Source: Galactobacter sp. (GTDB taxonomy: Bacteria > Actinomycetota > Actinomycetes > Actinomycetales > Micrococcaceae). Taken from it: a stretch of DNA of 60,460 nucleotides. Position 1 is the stretch's first letter, and each line of letters starts with the position of its first letter. A program made the translations under genes and the position numbers. This document shows, in pieces, positions 59,514-60,460 of this stretch. The stretch lies in assembly GCF_022712295.1 (NCBI RefSeq), contig NZ_JALAGT010000111.1, positions 1-60,460 on the forward strand. The letters are read 5' to 3'. The notes under the pieces were generated by a model. It had not been told where the DNA came from and made no database searches. It worked only from the letters and a program-made list of their open reading frames with translations.

Positions 59514-60460
59514 TCAGCGTCCCTCGCGACGCTCACGTTCGCGGTCCTCGGCGGCCAGTTGCGCGAACATGTCGTTGTACGCGTTCAATTCGGCCTCCCC
59601 ACTGCGATCAGCTGCACGGTCACGGCGCTTGGTCTCTCGCTCGTCCGAACGCGACCATGTCACCGCCACCCCGATGGCCAGCAGCAGCGTGGGAACCTCA
59701 CCGATACCCCACATGAAGCCGGCGCCAAGGTGCTGATCCGCGATGGCGGACTCGCCCCAGGCCCTGCCCATGTTCCCGAACCAGTCGGGCTGCATCAGGA
59801 TGTCGGAGGAGAGCAGGCTGATGGAGTAGAAGGCATGGAAGACCATGGTGGCCAACAGCATCACCAGCCGCATCGGGTATCCGGCACGGTGCGGCAACGG
59901 GTCGAGGCCGATCATGTTCACCGCGAAGATGTAGCCGGTGAACAGGAAGTGGGTGATCATCAGCTCGTGCCCCACGTGGTACTTCAGCGCCAGGCCGAAG
60001 AGATCCGTGGAGTAGAAGATGATGATGGAGCCGGCGAAGTTCACGCCGGCGAAGATCGGATTGGTGATGAGCTTGGACCACCACGAGTGGAGCATGGTCA
60101 GCGTCCACTCGCGAGGCCCCCGGGTGCCGTCCTGACGTGAGGCCATGGCGCGCAGCCCCAAGGCGATGGGTGAGCCGACCACCAGGAAGAACGGGGCCAC
60201 CATGGTCAGGCCCATGTGGTCGATCATGTGGACGGAGAACAGGACCTGACTGTAGACCGCGAGGGCACCGGAGGTCAGGTAGAAAAGCACCGCAAGGCCG
60301 AGCATGAAGCTCAACATGCGCCATACCGGCCACTTGTCCCCGCGGCGGCGCAGGCGCACGAACCAGCGGAGGTAGGCGGCTGCCAGGAAGACGATCACGG
60401 CGACCCAGAGCCAATCGAAACGCCACTGGGTGATCCACCAGTCGCCCGTGTTCTCCGGAG
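59514..60460 (-). CDS. Cytochrome c oxidase assembly factor (Caa3_CtaG family); 5' end lies outside the window
   Basis: FSVHMIDHMGLTMVAP, FHAF and DQHLGAGFMWGIGE. The frame is open to the window edge. Confidence 0.88.
   Translation of the reverse strand, partial: PENTGDWWITQWRFDWLWVAVIVFLAAAYLRWFVRLRRRGDKWPVWRMLSFMLGLAVLFYLTSGALAVYSQVLFSVHMIDHMGLTMVAPFFLVVGSPIALGLRAMASRQDGTRGPREWTLTMLHSWWSKLITNPIFAGVNFAGSIIIFYSTDLFGLALKYHVGHELMITHFLFTGYIFAVNMIGLDPLPHRAGYPMRLVMLLATMVFHAFYSISLLSSDILMQPDWFGNMGRAWGESAIADQHLGAGFMWGIGEVPTLLLAIGVAVTWSRSDERETKRRDRAADRSGEAELNAYNDMFAQLAAEDRERERREGR

Overview
High-GC actinobacterial chromosome segment. Gene content and order point to Micrococcales, probably Micrococcaceae (inference). 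It is mostly core genome: a second family-A DNA polymerase (5' truncated), the nth-acs-marP-crp-ridA-ponA2 block, purC/purD/purM, clpB and the dnaK-grpE-dnaJ-hspR operon with HAIR operators and SigH-type promoters, a TPP-riboswitch-controlled ykoEDC-type ECF transporter, a group-2 Mrp Na+/H+ antiporter operon, dcd, tRNA-Gly(CCC), several transporters, an NHL-thioredoxin gene and a partial ctaG-like gene. A small decaying accessory patch (about 22.2-25.8 kb) holds an ASCH protein, a homopolymer-frameshifted orphan, a motif-damaged methyltransferase and a DUF222-HNH gene. No CRISPR array, integrase, transposase, prophage or rRNA was seen. The best unannotated signal is a candidate ~140-nt small RNA between trmB and hspR (minus strand, 27683-27824). 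It has its own promoter, two hairpins each exposing exactly six Cs (6C-like) and a terminator, and there is a candidate G-rich ribosome-binding-site target in the window. Other leads are a structured, possibly switch-like leader on the DUF3073 gene, a clamp-motif-like QDTLF and altered motif B in the second PolA, a PafBC-type DNA-damage promoter on the HNH gene, and a membrane protein with tandem putative phospho-Thr motifs. All assignments come from reading motifs by eye; no database search or folding program was run.
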